A stretch of 64,000 nt of DNA, taken from NCBI RefSeq assembly GCF_050920415.1, contig NZ_CP169309.1. One strand, given 5' to 3'. How positions within the stretch are numbered: the first letter of the stretch is position 1; the number at the start of each line of letters is the position of its first letter. The position numbers and the translations under genes are program-made. Positions 43,971 through 54,906 of this stretch are shown here, in pieces. A model generated the notes under the pieces. That model worked only from the letters and a program-made list of their open reading frames with translations. It did no database searches and had not been told where the DNA came from. The stretch comes from Escherichia coli. Lineage in GTDB: Bacteria > Pseudomonadota > Gammaproteobacteria > Enterobacterales > Enterobacteriaceae.

Positions 43971-44759
43971 ATGCAAACGATTATCCGTGTCGAGAAGCTC
44001 GCCAAAACCTTCAATCAGCATCAGGCGCTGCATGCGGTTGATCTGAACATTCATCACGGTGAAATGGTGGCTCTGCTTGGGCCGTCCGGTTCCGGCAAAT
44101 CCACCCTTTTACGTCATTTAAGCGGTTTGATTACCGGCGATAAATCTGCCGGTAGCCATATCGAGCTGCTGGGCCGCACAGTCCAACGCGAAGGCCGCCT
44201 GGCCCGCGATATCCGCAAAAGCCGCGCCAACACCGGCTACATCTTCCAACAATTCAACCTGGTGAATCGCCTGAGCGTACTGGAGAACGTGCTGATTGGC
44301 GCGCTCGGCAGCACGCCATTCTGGCGCACCTGTTTTAGCTACTTCACCCGCGAGCAGAAACAGCGCGCGTTACAGGCGCTGACCCGCGTTGGCATGGTGC
44401 ACTTTGCCCATCAGCGCGTTTCCACCCTCTCCGGCGGACAGCAGCAGCGTGTGGCGATTGCCCGTGCGCTGATGCAGCAGGCGAAGGTGATTCTGGCCGA
44501 TGAACCCATCGCCTCGCTGGACCCGGAATCGGCGCGCATCGTGATGGACACCCTGCGCGACATTAACCAGAACGACGGCATTACCGTGGTCGTCACGCTG
44601 CATCAGGTGGATTACGCCCTGCGCTACTGCGAACGCATCGTCGCCCTGCGCCAGGGGCACGTCTTCTACGACGGCAGCAGCCAACAGTTTGATAACGAAC
44701 GTTTTGACCATCTCTACCGCAGCATTAACCGCGTCGAAGAGAACGCGAAAGCTGCCTGA
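43971..44759 (+). CDS. phnC: Phosphonate ABC transporter ATP-binding protein PhnC
   Basis: Walker [13 protein letters not shown] signature LSGGQQQR, Walker B ILADEP. Confidence 0.93.
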   Translation: MQTIIRVEKLAKTFNQHQALHAVDLNIHHGEMVALLGPSGSGKSTLLRHLSGLITGDKSAGSHIELLGRTVQREGRLARDIRKSRANTGYIFQQFNLVNRLSVLENVLIGALGSTPFWRTCFSYFTREQKQRALQALTRVGMVHFAHQRVSTLSGGQQQRVAIARALMQQAKVILADEPIASLDPESARIVMDTLRDINQNDGITVVVTLHQVDYALRYCERIVALRQGHVFYDGSSQQFDNERFDHLYRSINRVEENAKAA

Positions 44760-44783
44760 CATCCCCATCATTGAGGAAAACGA

Positions 44784-45800
44784 ATGAACGCTAAGATAAT
44801 TGCCTCGCTGGCCTTCACCAGCATGTTCAGCCTCAGCACCCTGTTCAGCCCGGCGCACGCCGAAGAGCAGGAAAAGGCGCTGAATTTCGGCATTATTTCA
44901 ACGGAATCACAGCAAAACCTGAAACCGCAATGGACGCCTTTCCTGCAAGATATGGAGAAGAAACTGGGCGTAAAGGTCAACGCCTTCTTTGCTCCGGACT
45001 ACGCGGGCATTATCCAGGGGATGCGCTTCAACAAAGTGGATATCGCCTGGTACGGCAACCTGTCGGCGATGGAAGCGGTGGATCGCGCCAACGGTCAGGT
45101 CTTCGCCCAGACGGTCGCGGCGGATGGATCGCCGGGTTACTGGAGCGTGTTGATCGTCAACAAAGATAGCCCGATCAACAACCTGAACGATCTGCTGGCC
45201 AAGCGTAAAGATCTCACCTTCGGCAATGGCGATCCTAACTCCACCTCTGGCTTCCTCGTCCCCGGCTACTACGTCTTCGCCAAAAACAATATCTCCGCCA
45301 GCGACTTCAAGCGCACCGTCAACGCCGGGCATGAAACCAACGCCCTCGCCGTCGCCAACAAGCAGGTGGATGTCGCCACCAACAACACTGAAAACCTCGA
45401 CAAGCTGAAAACCTCCGCGCCGGAGAAGCTGAAAGAACTGAAGGTGATCTGGAAATCGCCGCTGATCCCAGGCGATCCGATCGTCTGGCGCAAAAATCTG
45501 TCCGAAACCACCAAAGACAAGATCTACGACTTCTTTATGAACTACGGCAAAACGCCGGAAGAGAAAGCGGTGCTGGAACGCCTGGGCTGGGCGCCGTTCC
45601 GCGCCTCCAGCGACCTGCAACTGGTGCCAATTCGCCAGCTCGCACTGTTTAAAGAGATGCAAAGCGTGAAGGACAACAAAGGGCTGAACGAACAGGACAA
45701 GCTCGCGAAAACCACCGAGATACAGGCGCAACTGGATGACCTGGATCGCCTGAACAACGCGTTAAGCGCGATGAGTTCGGTGAGTAAAGCGGTGCAGTAA
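44784..45800 (+). CDS. phnD: Phosphonate ABC transporter periplasmic binding protein PhnD
   Basis: Signal peptide plus substrate-binding-protein fold; between phnC and phnE. Confidence 0.93.
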   Translation: MNAKIIASLAFTSMFSLSTLFSPAHAEEQEKALNFGIISTESQQNLKPQWTPFLQDMEKKLGVKVNAFFAPDYAGIIQGMRFNKVDIAWYGNLSAMEAVDRANGQVFAQTVAADGSPGYWSVLIVNKDSPINNLNDLLAKRKDLTFGNGDPNSTSGFLVPGYYVFAKNNISASDFKRTVNAGHETNALAVANKQVDVATNNTENLDKLKTSAPEKLKELKVIWKSPLIPGDPIVWRKNLSETTKDKIYDFFMNYGKTPEEKAVLERLGWAPFRASSDLQLVPIRQLALFKEMQSVKDNKGLNEQDKLAKTTEIQAQLDDLDRLNNALSAMSSVSKAVQ

Positions 45801-45813
45801 TGTGCTCGATCGG

Positions 45814-45905
45814 TCCCCTCTCCCTTGAGGGAGAGGGTTAGGGTGAGGGGGGAAATACGCACGCTGATGCCCTCACCCCGGCCCTCTCCCACAGGGAGAG
45901 GGAGA
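45814..45905. repeat. Pair of inverted GC-rich palindromic intergenic elements (boxC-like) between phnD and phnE
   Basis: gtcccctctcccttgagggagagggttagggtgagggg and, in opposite orientation, gccctcaccccggccctctcccacagggagagggag. Confidence 0.7.
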
Positions 45906-45926
45906 AAACATTAAACGGAGCCAAAC

Positions 45927-46706
45927 ATGCAAACCATCACCATCGCCCCACCCAAGCGCAGCTGGTTCTCGCTTCTGAGCTGGGCCATTGTTCTCGCCGT
46001 GCTGGTCGTCTCGTGGCAGGGCGCGGAAATGGCCCCGCTCACGCTGATTAAAGACGGCGGCAACATGGCGACGTTCGCCGCCGACTTCTTCCCGCCCGAT
46101 TTCAGCCAGTGGCAGGATTACCTCACCGAAATGGCCGTCACGCTGCAAATCGCCGTCTGGGGCACTGCGCTGGCAGTCGTTCTCTCCATCCCCTTCGGCC
46201 TGATGAGCGCCGAAAACCTGGTGCCGTGGTGGGTTTACCAGCCCGTTCGCCGCCTGATGGACGCCTGCCGCGCCATTAACGAGATGGTCTTCGCCATGCT
46301 GTTCGTGGTCGCCGTCGGTCTCGGTCCGTTCGCTGGCGTACTGGCGCTGTTTATCCACACCACCGGCGTGCTCTCCAAACTGCTTTCCGAAGCGGTGGAA
46401 GCGATTGAACCCGGCCCGGTGGAAGGCATTCGCGCCACCGGTGCCAATAAGCTCGAAGAGATCCTCTACGGCGTGCTGCCGCAGGTCATGCCGCTACTGA
46501 TTTCCTACTCACTCTATCGTTTCGAATCCAACGTGCGTTCCGCCACCGTTGTTGGCATGGTCGGCGCTGGCGGAATTGGCGTCACGCTGTGGGAAGCGAT
46601 TCGCGGTTTCCAGTTCCAGCAAACCTGCGCCCTGATGGTGCTGATTATCGTCACGGTCAGCCTGCTGGATTTCCTCTCTCAACGGTTGCGTAAGCACTTT
46701 ATCTGA
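45927..46706 (+). CDS. phnE: Phosphonate ABC transporter permease PhnE, uninterrupted frame (259 aa)
   Basis: Single continuous ORF with ABC permease EAA-like loop; no frameshift within the window. Confidence 0.9.
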   Translation: MQTITIAPPKRSWFSLLSWAIVLAVLVVSWQGAEMAPLTLIKDGGNMATFAADFFPPDFSQWQDYLTEMAVTLQIAVWGTALAVVLSIPFGLMSAENLVPWWVYQPVRRLMDACRAINEMVFAMLFVVAVGLGPFAGVLALFIHTTGVLSKLLSEAVEAIEPGPVEGIRATGANKLEEILYGVLPQVMPLLISYSLYRFESNVRSATVVGMVGAGGIGVTLWEAIRGFQFQQTCALMVLIIVTVSLLDFLSQRLRKHFI

Positions 46707-46726
46707 TAAGCGAGGCATTGATATCT

Positions 46727-47452
46727 ATGCACTTGTCTACACCTCCGACCAGCTACCCAACACGCTATCAGGAGATAGCCGCAAAACTTGAGCAGGAGCT
46801 TCGTCAACACTACCGCTGCGGCGACTATCTTCCCGCCGAGCAGCAACTGGCAGCGCGCTTTGAGGTGAATCGCCACACCCTGCGCCGTGCCATCGACCAA
46901 CTGGTGGAAAAAGGCTGGGTACAGCGCCGTCAGGGCATCGGCGTACTGGTGCTGATGCGCCCGTTCGATTACCCGCTCAACGCCCAGGCGCGTTTTAGCC
47001 AGAACCTGCTGGATCAGGGTAGCCATCCCACCAGCGAAAAACTGCTGTCCGTGCTGCGCCCGGCCTCCGGTCACGTCGCTGACGCGCTGGGGATAACCGA
47101 GGGCGAGAACGTTATCCACCTGCGCACCCTGCGCCGGGTCAACGGCGTCGCGCTCTGTTTAATCGACCACTACTTTGCGGACCTCACTCTCTGGCCGACG
47201 CTGCAACGCTTCGACAGCGGCTCGCTGCACGATTTTTTGCACGAGCAAACGGGAATTGCGCTGCGCCGCAGCCAGACGCGGATCAGCGCCCGCCGCGCCC
47301 AGGCCAAAGAGTGCCAGCGTCTTGAAATTCCGAATATGTCGCCGCTGCTGTGCGTGCGCACCCTTAACCACCGTGACGGTGAAAGCAGCCCGGCGGAGTA
47401 CTCCGTCAGCCTGACGCGCGCCGACATGATTGAATTCACCATGGAGCACTGA
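46727..47452 (+). CDS. phnF: GntR-family repressor PhnF
   Basis: N-terminal GntR HTH (YLPAEQQLAARFEVNRHTLRRAIDQL) plus UTRA-like domain; start at ATG 46727. Confidence 0.92.
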   Translation: MHLSTPPTSYPTRYQEIAAKLEQELRQHYRCGDYLPAEQQLAARFEVNRHTLRRAIDQLVEKGWVQRRQGIGVLVLMRPFDYPLNAQARFSQNLLDQGSHPTSEKLLSVLRPASGHVADALGITEGENVIHLRTLRRVNGVALCLIDHYFADLTLWPTLQRFDSGSLHDFLHEQTGIALRRSQTRISARRAQAKECQRLEIPNMSPLLCVRTLNHRDGESSPAEYSVSLTRADMIEFTMEH

Positions 47453-47905
47453 ATGCACGCAGATACCGCGACCCGCCAGCACTGGATGTCCGTGCTGGCG
47501 CACAGCCAACCGGCTGAACTGGCTAACCGCCTTAAAGCGCTAAACATCACCACCGACTATGACATTATCCGCGCCGCCGAAACCGGCCTGGTACAGATTC
47601 AGGCGCGAATGGGTGGCACCGGCGAACGCTTTTTTGCTGGCGACGCTACGCTCACCCGCGCCGCTGTACGCCTTACTGACGGCACGCTCGGCTACAGCTG
47701 GGTGCTGGGGCGCGACAAACAGCACGCCGAACGCTGCGCGCTGATTGACGCGCTGATGCAGCAATCTCGCCACTTTCAAAACTTATCAGAAACCCTTATT
47801 GCCCCGCTGGACGCTGACCGTATGGCACGCATTGCCGCACGCCAGGCCGAAGTGAACGCCAGTCGGGTCGACTTCTTTACGATGGTTCGCGGAGACAACG
47901 CATGA
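47453..47905 (+). CDS. phnG: C-P lyase core complex subunit PhnG
   Basis: Order and size in the phn operon; overlaps phnH start. Confidence 0.9.
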   Translation: MHADTATRQHWMSVLAHSQPAELANRLKALNITTDYDIIRAAETGLVQIQARMGGTGERFFAGDATLTRAAVRLTDGTLGYSWVLGRDKQHAERCALIDALMQQSRHFQNLSETLIAPLDADRMARIAARQAEVNASRVDFFTMVRGDNA

Positions 47906-48486
47906 CCCTGGAAACCGCTTTTATGCTTCCCGTGCAGGATGCCCAGCACAGTTTTCGTCGCCTGTTAAAGGCAATGAGCGAGCCGGGCGTGATTGTCGCC
48001 CTGCATCAGCTCAAACGCGGCTGGCAGCCGCTGAATATCGCCACCACCAGCGTGCTGCTGACGCTGGCCGATAACGACACGCCGGTGTGGCTTTCCGCGC
48101 CATTAAGTAACGATATCGTCAGCCAGAGCCTGCGTTTTCATACCAACGCCCCGCTGGTCAATCAGCCGGAACAGGCGACCTTCGCAGTGACGGATGAGGC
48201 GATTGCCAGCGAGCAGCTCAACGCCCTTTCCACCGGCACCGCCGTTGCGCCGGAAGCCGGTGCGACGTTGATTTTACAGGTCACCAGCCTGAGCGGCGGA
48301 CGCATGCTGCGCCTCACCGGCGCGGGTATTGCCGAAGAACGGATGATCGCCCCGCAACTGCCGGAGTGCATTCTGCACGAACTCACCGAGCGCCCGCACC
48401 CGTTCCCGCTCGGCATCGACCTGATCCTGACCTGCGGCGAGCGCCTGCTGGCTATTCCGCGAACCACTCATGTGGAGGTGTGCTGA
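47902..48486 (+). CDS. phnH: C-P lyase core complex subunit PhnH
   Basis: Order and size in the phn operon; stop overlaps phnI ATG. Confidence 0.9.
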   Translation: MTLETAFMLPVQDAQHSFRRLLKAMSEPGVIVALHQLKRGWQPLNIATTSVLLTLADNDTPVWLSAPLSNDIVSQSLRFHTNAPLVNQPEQATFAVTDEAIASEQLNALSTGTAVAPEAGATLILQVTSLSGGRMLRLTGAGIAEERMIAPQLPECILHELTERPHPFPLGIDLILTCGERLLAIPRTTHVEVC

Positions 48487-49550
48487 TGTACGTTGCCGTG
48501 AAAGGGGGCGAGAAGGCGATCGACGCCGCCCACGCCCTGCAAGAGAGCCGACGCCGGGTCGATACCGATTTGCCTGAACTGAGCGTCGCCCAGATTGAAC
48601 AGCAGCTTAATCTCGCGGTGGATCGCGTGATGACCGAAGGCGGCATTGCCGACCGCGAACTGGCCGCACTGGCGCTGAAACAGGCCAGTGGCGATAACGT
48701 TGAAGCAATTTTCCTGCTGCGCGCCTACCGCACGACGCTGGCAAAACTGGCGGTAAGCGAGCCGCTCGACACCACCGAGATGCGTCTCGAACGCCGTATC
48801 TCCGCCGTTTATAAAGACATTCCTGGCGGCCAGCTGCTTGGCCCGACCTACGACTACACCCATCGCCTGCTCGATTTCACCCTGCTGGCGAATGGCGAAG
48901 CGCCGACGCTGACCACCACCGACAGCGAGCAAGCCCCATCGCCGCACGTTTTCAGCCTGCTGGCGCGTCAGGGGCTGGCGAAGTTTGAAGAGGATAGCGG
49001 CGCACAGCCGGATGACATCACCCGTACACCGCCGGTTTACCCTTGCTCTCGCGCCTCCCGCCTGCAACAGCTCATGCGCGGCGACGAAGGCTACTTGCTG
49101 GCGCTGGCCTACTCCACCCAGCGTGGTTACGGACGCAATCACCCGTTCGCAGGCGAAATCCGCAGTGGCTATATCGACGTGTCTATTGTGCCGGAAGAGC
49201 TGGGATTTGCGGTGAACGTCGGTGAACTGCTGATGACCGAGTGTGAAATGGTTAACGGTTTTATCGACCAGCCGGATGAGCCGCCGCACTTCACGCGCGG
49301 CTACGGGCTGGTGTTTGGCATGAGCGAGCGCAAAGCGATGGCAATGGCGCTGGTTGACCGCGCTCTACAAGCCCCGGAGTACGGCGAGCACGCGACAGGC
49401 CCGGCGCAGGATGAAGAGTTCGTGCTGGCGCATGCCGACAACGTCGAAGCCGCAGGCTTTGTCTCGCACCTCAAACTCCCGCACTACGTCGATTTCCAGG
49501 CCGAGCTGGAGCTACTCAAACGTCTGCAACAGGAGCAGAACCATGGCTAA
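48486..49550 (+). CDS. phnI: C-P lyase subunit PhnI (ribosyl-triphosphate-forming nucleosidase, 354 aa)
   Basis: Start at ATG 48486 ([13 protein letters not shown]...) inside the longer ORF 48366-49550. Confidence 0.92.
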   Translation: MYVAVKGGEKAIDAAHALQESRRRVDTDLPELSVAQIEQQLNLAVDRVMTEGGIADRELAALALKQASGDNVEAIFLLRAYRTTLAKLAVSEPLDTTEMRLERRISAVYKDIPGGQLLGPTYDYTHRLLDFTLLANGEAPTLTTTDSEQAPSPHVFSLLARQGLAKFEEDSGAQPDDITRTPPVYPCSRASRLQQLMRGDEGYLLALAYSTQRGYGRNHPFAGEIRSGYIDVSIVPEELGFAVNVGELLMTECEMVNGFIDQPDEPPHFTRGYGLVFGMSERKAMAMALVDRALQAPEYGEHATGPAQDEEFVLAHADNVEAAGFVSHLKLPHYVDFQAELELLKRLQQEQNHG

Positions 49551-50388
49551 TCTGAGCGGCTACAACTTTGCGTACCTCGACGAGCAGACCAAACGTATGA
49601 TCCGCCGCGCCATCTTAAAAGCGGTGGCGATCCCCGGTTATCAGGTGCCGTTTGGCGGGCGCGAGATGCCGATGCCATACGGCTGGGGAACCGGCGGCAT
49701 ACAGCTTACCGCCAGTGTGATTGGCGAAAGCGACGTGTTGAAGGTGATTGACCAGGGCGCGGATGACACCACCAACGCCGTATCAATTCGCAACTTTTTC
49801 AAGCGCGTGACCGGGGTAAACACCACTGAACGTACGGATGATGCGACGCTTATCCAGACGCGCCACCGCATCCCCGAAACGCCGCTGACCGAAGATCAGA
49901 TCATTATCTTCCAGGTGCCGATCCCGGAACCGCTGCGCTTTATCGAGCCGCGCGAAACGGAGACCCGCACCATGCACGCGCTGGAGGAGTACGGCGTGAT
50001 GCAGGTGAAACTGTATGAAGATATCGCCCGCTTCGGTCATATCGCCACCACCTACGCCTATCCGGTGAAGGTGAACGGACGCTACGTCATGGACCCATCG
50101 CCGATCCCGAAATTTGATAACCCGAAAATGGACATGATGCCCGCCCTGCAACTGTTCGGCGCGGGGCGTGAGAAGCGTATTTATGCGGTGCCGCCGTTTA
50201 CCCGCGTGGAAAGCCTCGATTTCGACGATCATCCGTTCACCGTTCAGCAGTGGGATGAACCCTGCGCCATCTGCGGATCGACCCACAGCTATCTCGATGA
50301 AGTGGTGCTGGATGACGCCGGAAACCGCATGTTTGTCTGCTCCGATACCGATTATTGCCGCCAACAGAGCGAGGCGAGAAGCCAATGA
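49543..50388 (+). CDS. phnJ: C-P lyase catalytic subunit PhnJ (radical SAM-dependent, 281 aa)
   Basis: MANLSGYNFAYLDEQTKRMIRRAILKAVAIPGYQVPFGG... with C-terminal Cys cluster CAICGSTHSYLDEVVLDDAGNRMFVCSDTDYC. Confidence 0.93.
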   Translation: MANLSGYNFAYLDEQTKRMIRRAILKAVAIPGYQVPFGGREMPMPYGWGTGGIQLTASVIGESDVLKVIDQGADDTTNAVSIRNFFKRVTGVNTTERTDDATLIQTRHRIPETPLTEDQIIIFQVPIPEPLRFIEPRETETRTMHALEEYGVMQVKLYEDIARFGHIATTYAYPVKVNGRYVMDPSPIPKFDNPKMDMMPALQLFGAGREKRIYAVPPFTRVESLDFDDHPFTVQQWDEPCAICGSTHSYLDEVVLDDAGNRMFVCSDTDYCRQQSEARSQ

Positions 50389-51143
50389 ATCAACCGTTAC
50401 TTTCGGTCAATAACCTGACCCACCTTTACGCGCCGGGCAAAGGCTTCAGCGATGTCTCTTTTGATTTATGGCCGGGGGAAGTGCTGGGCATTGTCGGGGA
50501 ATCCGGTTCCGGGAAGACCACGCTGCTGAAATCAATCTCCGCCCGTCTGACACCGCAACAGGGGGAGATTCACTATGAAAACCGTTCCCTCTATGGCATG
50601 AGCGAGGCCGACCGCCGTCGCCTGCTGCGCACCGAATGGGGCGTGGTGCATCAGCATCCGCTCGACGGCCTGCGCCGTCAGGTGTCAGCAGGCGGCAATA
50701 TCGGCGAACGGCTGATGGCGACCGGGGCGCGTCATTACGGCGATATTCGCGCCACCGCGCAGAAGTGGCTGGAGGAGGTGGAGATTCCCTCCAACCGTAT
50801 CGACGACCTGCCGACCACTTTTTCCGGCGGTATGCAGCAGCGTTTGCAGATTGCCCGCAACCTGGTGACGCATCCGAAGCTGGTGTTTATGGATGAACCG
50901 ACCGGCGGGCTGGATGTATCGGTACAGGCGCGCCTGCTCGATCTGCTGCGCGGTCTGGTGGTGGAGCTGAATCTGGCGGTGGTGATTGTCACCCATGATT
51001 TAGGCGTCGCCCGCCTGCTGGCGGACCGTTTGCTGGTGATGAAGCAGGGGCAGGTGGTGGAGAGTGGGTTAACCGACCGCGTACTCGACGACCCGCATCA
51101 TCCGTATACCCAGTTGCTGGTGTCATCGGTTTTGCAGAATTGA
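50385..51143 (+). CDS. phnK: ABC-type ATPase-like C-P lyase accessory protein PhnK
   Basis: Walker A GESGSGKTT; start at ATG 50385. Confidence 0.92.
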   Translation: MNQPLLSVNNLTHLYAPGKGFSDVSFDLWPGEVLGIVGESGSGKTTLLKSISARLTPQQGEIHYENRSLYGMSEADRRRLLRTEWGVVHQHPLDGLRRQVSAGGNIGERLMATGARHYGDIRATAQKWLEEVEIPSNRIDDLPTTFSGGMQQRLQIARNLVTHPKLVFMDEPTGGLDVSVQARLLDLLRGLVVELNLAVVIVTHDLGVARLLADRLLVMKQGQVVESGLTDRVLDDPHHPYTQLLVSSVLQN

Positions 51144-51165
51144 GTTGCAACACTTTGCGCACTGA

Positions 51166-51275
51166 TCCCCTCACCCCGGCCCTCTCCCGGAGGGAGAGGG
51201 AGAAAACCGGCGCAATATTCAACACCGTGCACAAGCGGTCCCCTCGCCCCTTTGGGGAGAGGGTTAGGGTGAGGG
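51166..51275. repeat. Second pair of the same inverted GC-rich palindromic elements, between phnK and phnL
   Basis: tcccctcaccccggccctctcccggagggagagggag and gtcccctcgcccctttggggagagggttagggtgagggg; same family as 45814-45905. Confidence 0.7.
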
Positions 51276-51320
51276 GCAATGTGCGCACCGCTCCCAAACA
51301 TGCGAACCACGAGGCGAAAA

Positions 51321-52001
51321 ATGATTAACGTACAAAACGTCAGTAAAACCTTCATCCTGCACCAGCAAAACGGCGTGCGCCTGCCCGTCTTACAACGCGC
51401 CTCGCTCACCGTCAACGCGGGCGAATGCGTGGTGCTCCACGGTCACTCCGGCAGCGGCAAATCAACTCTGCTACGCTCGCTGTACGCCAACTATCTGCCC
51501 GACGAAGGGCAAATCCAGATCAAACACGGTGACGAATGGGTAGACCTGGTCACCGCGCCAACGCGCAAAGTGGTGGAAATCCGCAAAACCACTGTCGGCT
51601 GGGTAAGCCAGTTTCTGCGCGTCATCCCGCGTATTTCGGCACTGGAAGTGGTGATGCAGCCGCTGCTCGATACCGGCGTTTCGCGTGATGCCTGCGCCGC
51701 TAAAGCCGCGCGTCTGCTCACCCGCCTGAACGTGCCGGAACGTCTGTGGCACCTGGCGCCATCGACCTTCTCCGGCGGCGAACAGCAGCGCGTCAACATC
51801 GCGCGCGGCTTTATCATCGATTACCCCATTCTGCTGCTCGACGAACCTACTGCCTCGCTGGACGCCAAAAACAGCGCCGCGGTGGTGGAACTGATCCGCG
51901 AAGCTAAAACCCGCGGCGCAGCCATCGTCGGCATCTTCCACGACGAAGCCGTACGCAATGACGTCGCCGACCGCCTGCACCCAATGGGAGCCTCTGCATG
52001 A
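51321..52001 (+). CDS. phnL: ABC-type ATPase-like C-P lyase protein PhnL
   Basis: Walker [10 protein letters not shown]; start at ATG 51321 ([11 protein letters not shown]...). Confidence 0.92.
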   Translation: MINVQNVSKTFILHQQNGVRLPVLQRASLTVNAGECVVLHGHSGSGKSTLLRSLYANYLPDEGQIQIKHGDEWVDLVTAPTRKVVEIRKTTVGWVSQFLRVIPRISALEVVMQPLLDTGVSRDACAAKAARLLTRLNVPERLWHLAPSTFSGGEQQRVNIARGFIIDYPILLLDEPTASLDAKNSAAVVELIREAKTRGAAIVGIFHDEAVRNDVADRLHPMGASA

Positions 52002-53134
52002 TTATCAATAACGTCAAACTGGTGCTGGAAAACGAAGTGGTACACGGTTCGCTGGAGGTGCAGGACGGCGAAATTCGCGCCTTTGCCGAAAGCCAGAGCC
52101 GCCTGCCAGAAGCGATGGACGGCGAAGGTGGCTGGCTGCTGCCGGGACTGATTGAGCTGCATACCGATAATCTGGATAAATTCTTCACCCCGCGCCCGAA
52201 AGTGGACTGGCCCGCCCACTCGGCGATGAGCAGCCACGATGCGCTGATGGTGGCGAGCGGCATCACCACCGTGCTGGACGCCGTGGCGATTGGCGACGTG
52301 CGCGACGGCGGCGATCGGCTGGAGAATCTGGAAAAGATGATCAACGCCATCGAAGAGACGCAGAAACGCGGCGTCAACCGCGCCGAGCACCGCCTGCACC
52401 TGCGCTGCGAACTGCCGCATCACACTACGCTGCCGCTGTTTGAAAAACTGGTGCAGCGCGAGCCGGTCACGCTGGTGTCGCTAATGGACCACTCACCGGG
52501 CCAGCGCCAGTTCGCCAATCGCGAGAAGTATCGCGAATATTACCAGGGCAAATACTCGCTCACCGATGCGCAGATGCAGCAGTACGAAGAGGAACAACTG
52601 GCGCTTGCCGCACGCTGGTCGCAGCCGAATCGCGAAACCATCGCCGCAATGTGCCGCGCGCGACAAATTGCCCTCGCCAGCCACGATGACGCCACGCACG
52701 CGCACGTTGCCGAATCCCACCAGCTTGGCAGCGTAATCGCCGAATTTCCCACCACGTTCGAAGCGGCGGAAGCTTCGCGCAAGCATGGCATGAATGTATT
52801 GATGGGCGCGCCGAATATTGTGCGCGGCGGTTCGCACTCCGGCAACGTGGCGGCCAGTGAACTGGCACAGCTTGGTCTGCTGGATATCCTCTCTTCCGAC
52901 TACTACCCCGCCAGCCTGCTCGATGCGGCATTCCGCGTCGCCGATGACGAGAGCAACCGCTTTACGCTGCCGCAGGCGGTGAAGCTGGTGACTAAAAATC
53001 CGGCGCAGGCGCTTAATCTTCAGGATCGCGGGGTGATTGGCGAGGGCAAACGCGCCGACCTGGTGCTGGCGCATCGCAAGGGCAACCACATTCATATCGA
53101 TCACGTCTGGCGTCAGGGTAAAAGGGTGTTCTGA
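51998..53134 (+). CDS. phnM: Amidohydrolase-family ribosyl-triphosphate diphosphatase PhnM
   Basis: Metal-dependent amidohydrolase motifs; operon position. Confidence 0.92.
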   Translation: MIINNVKLVLENEVVHGSLEVQDGEIRAFAESQSRLPEAMDGEGGWLLPGLIELHTDNLDKFFTPRPKVDWPAHSAMSSHDALMVASGITTVLDAVAIGDVRDGGDRLENLEKMINAIEETQKRGVNRAEHRLHLRCELPHHTTLPLFEKLVQREPVTLVSLMDHSPGQRQFANREKYREYYQGKYSLTDAQMQQYEEEQLALAARWSQPNRETIAAMCRARQIALASHDDATHAHVAESHQLGSVIAEFPTTFEAAEASRKHGMNVLMGAPNIVRGGSHSGNVAASELAQLGLLDILSSDYYPASLLDAAFRVADDESNRFTLPQAVKLVTKNPAQALNLQDRGVIGEGKRADLVLAHRKGNHIHIDHVWRQGKRVF

Positions 53135-53691
53135 TGACGGGAAAACTGATTTGGTTAATGGGGGCCTCTGGCTCCGGAAAAGACAGTCTGTTGACGGAAC
53201 TCCGCCAGCGGGAACAAACTCAGCTACTGGTAGCGCATCGCTACATCACGCGCGCCGCCAGCGCCGGAAGTGAAAACCATATCGCCCTGAGCGAGCAGGA
53301 GTTTTTTACCCGCGCGGGGCAGAACCTTCTGGCCTTAAGCTGGCACGCCAACGGCCTGTATTATGGCATCGGCGTCGAGATTGACCTCTGGCTGCACGCT
53401 GGATTTGACGTGGTGGTCAACGGCTCACGCGCCCATCTACCGCAGGCGCGGGCGCGCTATCAATCGGCGCTGCTGCCCGTTTGTTTACAGGTTTCGCCAG
53501 AGATCCTGCGCCAGCGCCTGGAAAACCGTGGTCGTGAAAATGCCAGTGAAATTAACGCCCGGCTGGCGCGCGCTGCCCGCTATACTCCTCAGGATTGTCT
53601 TACGCTCAATAATGACGGCAGCCTGCGCCAGTCGGTCGACAAGCTGCTGACGCTGATTGATCTGAAGGAGAAACACCATGCCTGCTTGTGA
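53134..53691 (+). CDS. phnN: Ribose 1,5-bisphosphate phosphokinase PhnN
   Basis: P-loop [10 protein letters not shown]; operon position. Confidence 0.92.
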
Positions 53692-54112
53692 GCTTCGCCC
53701 GGCTACGCAGTACGACACCGACGCAGTTTACGCGCTGATTTGTGAGCTAAAACAGGCGGAGTTTGACCACCACGCGTTTCGCGTGGGCTTTAACGCCAAT
53801 CTGCGCGACCCGAACATGCGCTACCATCTGGCGCTGCTGGATGGCGAAGTTGTCGGCATGATCGGCCTGCATTTGCAGTTTCATCTGCATCATGTCAACT
53901 GGATCGGCGAAATTCAGGAACTGGTGGTGATGCCGCAGGCGCGCGGTCTGAACGTCGGCAGTAAATTACTGGCATGGGCCGAAGAAGAAGCCCGCCAGGC
54001 CGGGGCCGAAATGACCGAGCTTTCCACCAACGTCAAGCGCCACGACGCGCACCGTTTCTATCTGCGCGAAGGCTACGAGCAGAGCCACTTCCGCTTCACC
54101 AAGGCGCTGTAA
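53678..54112 (+). CDS. phnO: GNAT aminoalkylphosphonate N-acetyltransferase PhnO
   Basis: GNAT motif ([26 protein letters not shown]); operon position. Confidence 0.92.
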
Positions 54113-54113
54113 C

Positions 54114-54872
54114 ATGAGCCTGACCCTCACACTTACTGGCACTGGCGGCGCACAGGGTGTTCCCGCATGGGGCTGTGAGTGCGCGGCCTGCGCCAGAGCG
54201 CGGCGCTCACCGCAGTATCGCCGCCAGCCATGCAGCGGCGTCGTGAAGTTTAACGACGCGATCACCCTGATCGACGCCGGGCTGCACGATCTCGCCGATC
54301 GCTGGTCGCCCGGATCGTTCCAGCAGTTTTTGCTGACGCACTACCATATGGATCACGTGCAGGGGCTGTTTCCGCTGCGCTGGGGCGTGGGCGATTCGAT
54401 CCCGGTCTACGGCCCGCCGGATGAACAGGGCTGCGACGATCTGTTTAAACATCCGGGCCTGCTTGATTTCAGCCACACGGTGGAGCCATTTGTGGTGTTT
54501 GATTTGCAGGGATTGCAGGTGACGCCGCTACCGCTTAACCATTCGAAACTCACTTTCGGCTATTTACTGGAAACGGCGCACAATCGGGTGGCGTGGCTGT
54601 CTGACACCGCGGGCCTGCCAGAAAACACGCTGAAATTTTTACTCAATAATCATCCGCAGGTGATGGTGATTGATTGCAGCCATCCGCCGCGCGAGGATGT
54701 GCCGCGTAATCACTGCGATTTAAACACCGTGCTGGCGCTGAATGAGATTATCCGTTCACCGCGCGTGATTCTGACGCACATCAGCCACCAGTTTGATGCG
54801 TGGCTGATGGAAAATACGCTGCCATCGGGGGTTGAGGCGGGGTTTGATGGGATGGAGATTGGGGTGGAGTGA
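54114..54872 (+). CDS. phnP: Metallo-beta-lactamase-fold phosphodiesterase PhnP
   Basis: HxHxDH motif ([10 protein letters not shown]); last gene of the operon. Confidence 0.92.
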   Translation: MSLTLTLTGTGGAQGVPAWGCECAACARARRSPQYRRQPCSGVVKFNDAITLIDAGLHDLADRWSPGSFQQFLLTHYHMDHVQGLFPLRWGVGDSIPVYGPPDEQGCDDLFKHPGLLDFSHTVEPFVVFDLQGLQVTPLPLNHSKLTFGYLLETAHNRVAWLSDTAGLPENTLKFLLNNHPQVMVIDCSHPPREDVPRNHCDLNTVLALNEIIRSPRVILTHISHQFDAWLMENTLPSGVEAGFDGMEIGVE

Positions 54873-54906
54873 TGGGTGAGGGGCGATGCCTGCTCTAGAC
54901 TCAACA

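Noticed and set aside
45542-46358. Overlapping reverse-strand ORFs (45542-45892, 45873-46358) spanning the phnD-phnE spacer, and a similar set at 50989-51415
   Set aside because: Their G/R/E-rich translations are produced by the GC-rich palindromic repeats and by the antisense of phnE/phnL; not credible genes.
45814-51275. Possibility that the GC-rich palindromes are a CRISPR array
   Set aside because: Only two loci with two units each, units are inverted rather than direct, spacers are not of uniform length and no cas genes are nearby.
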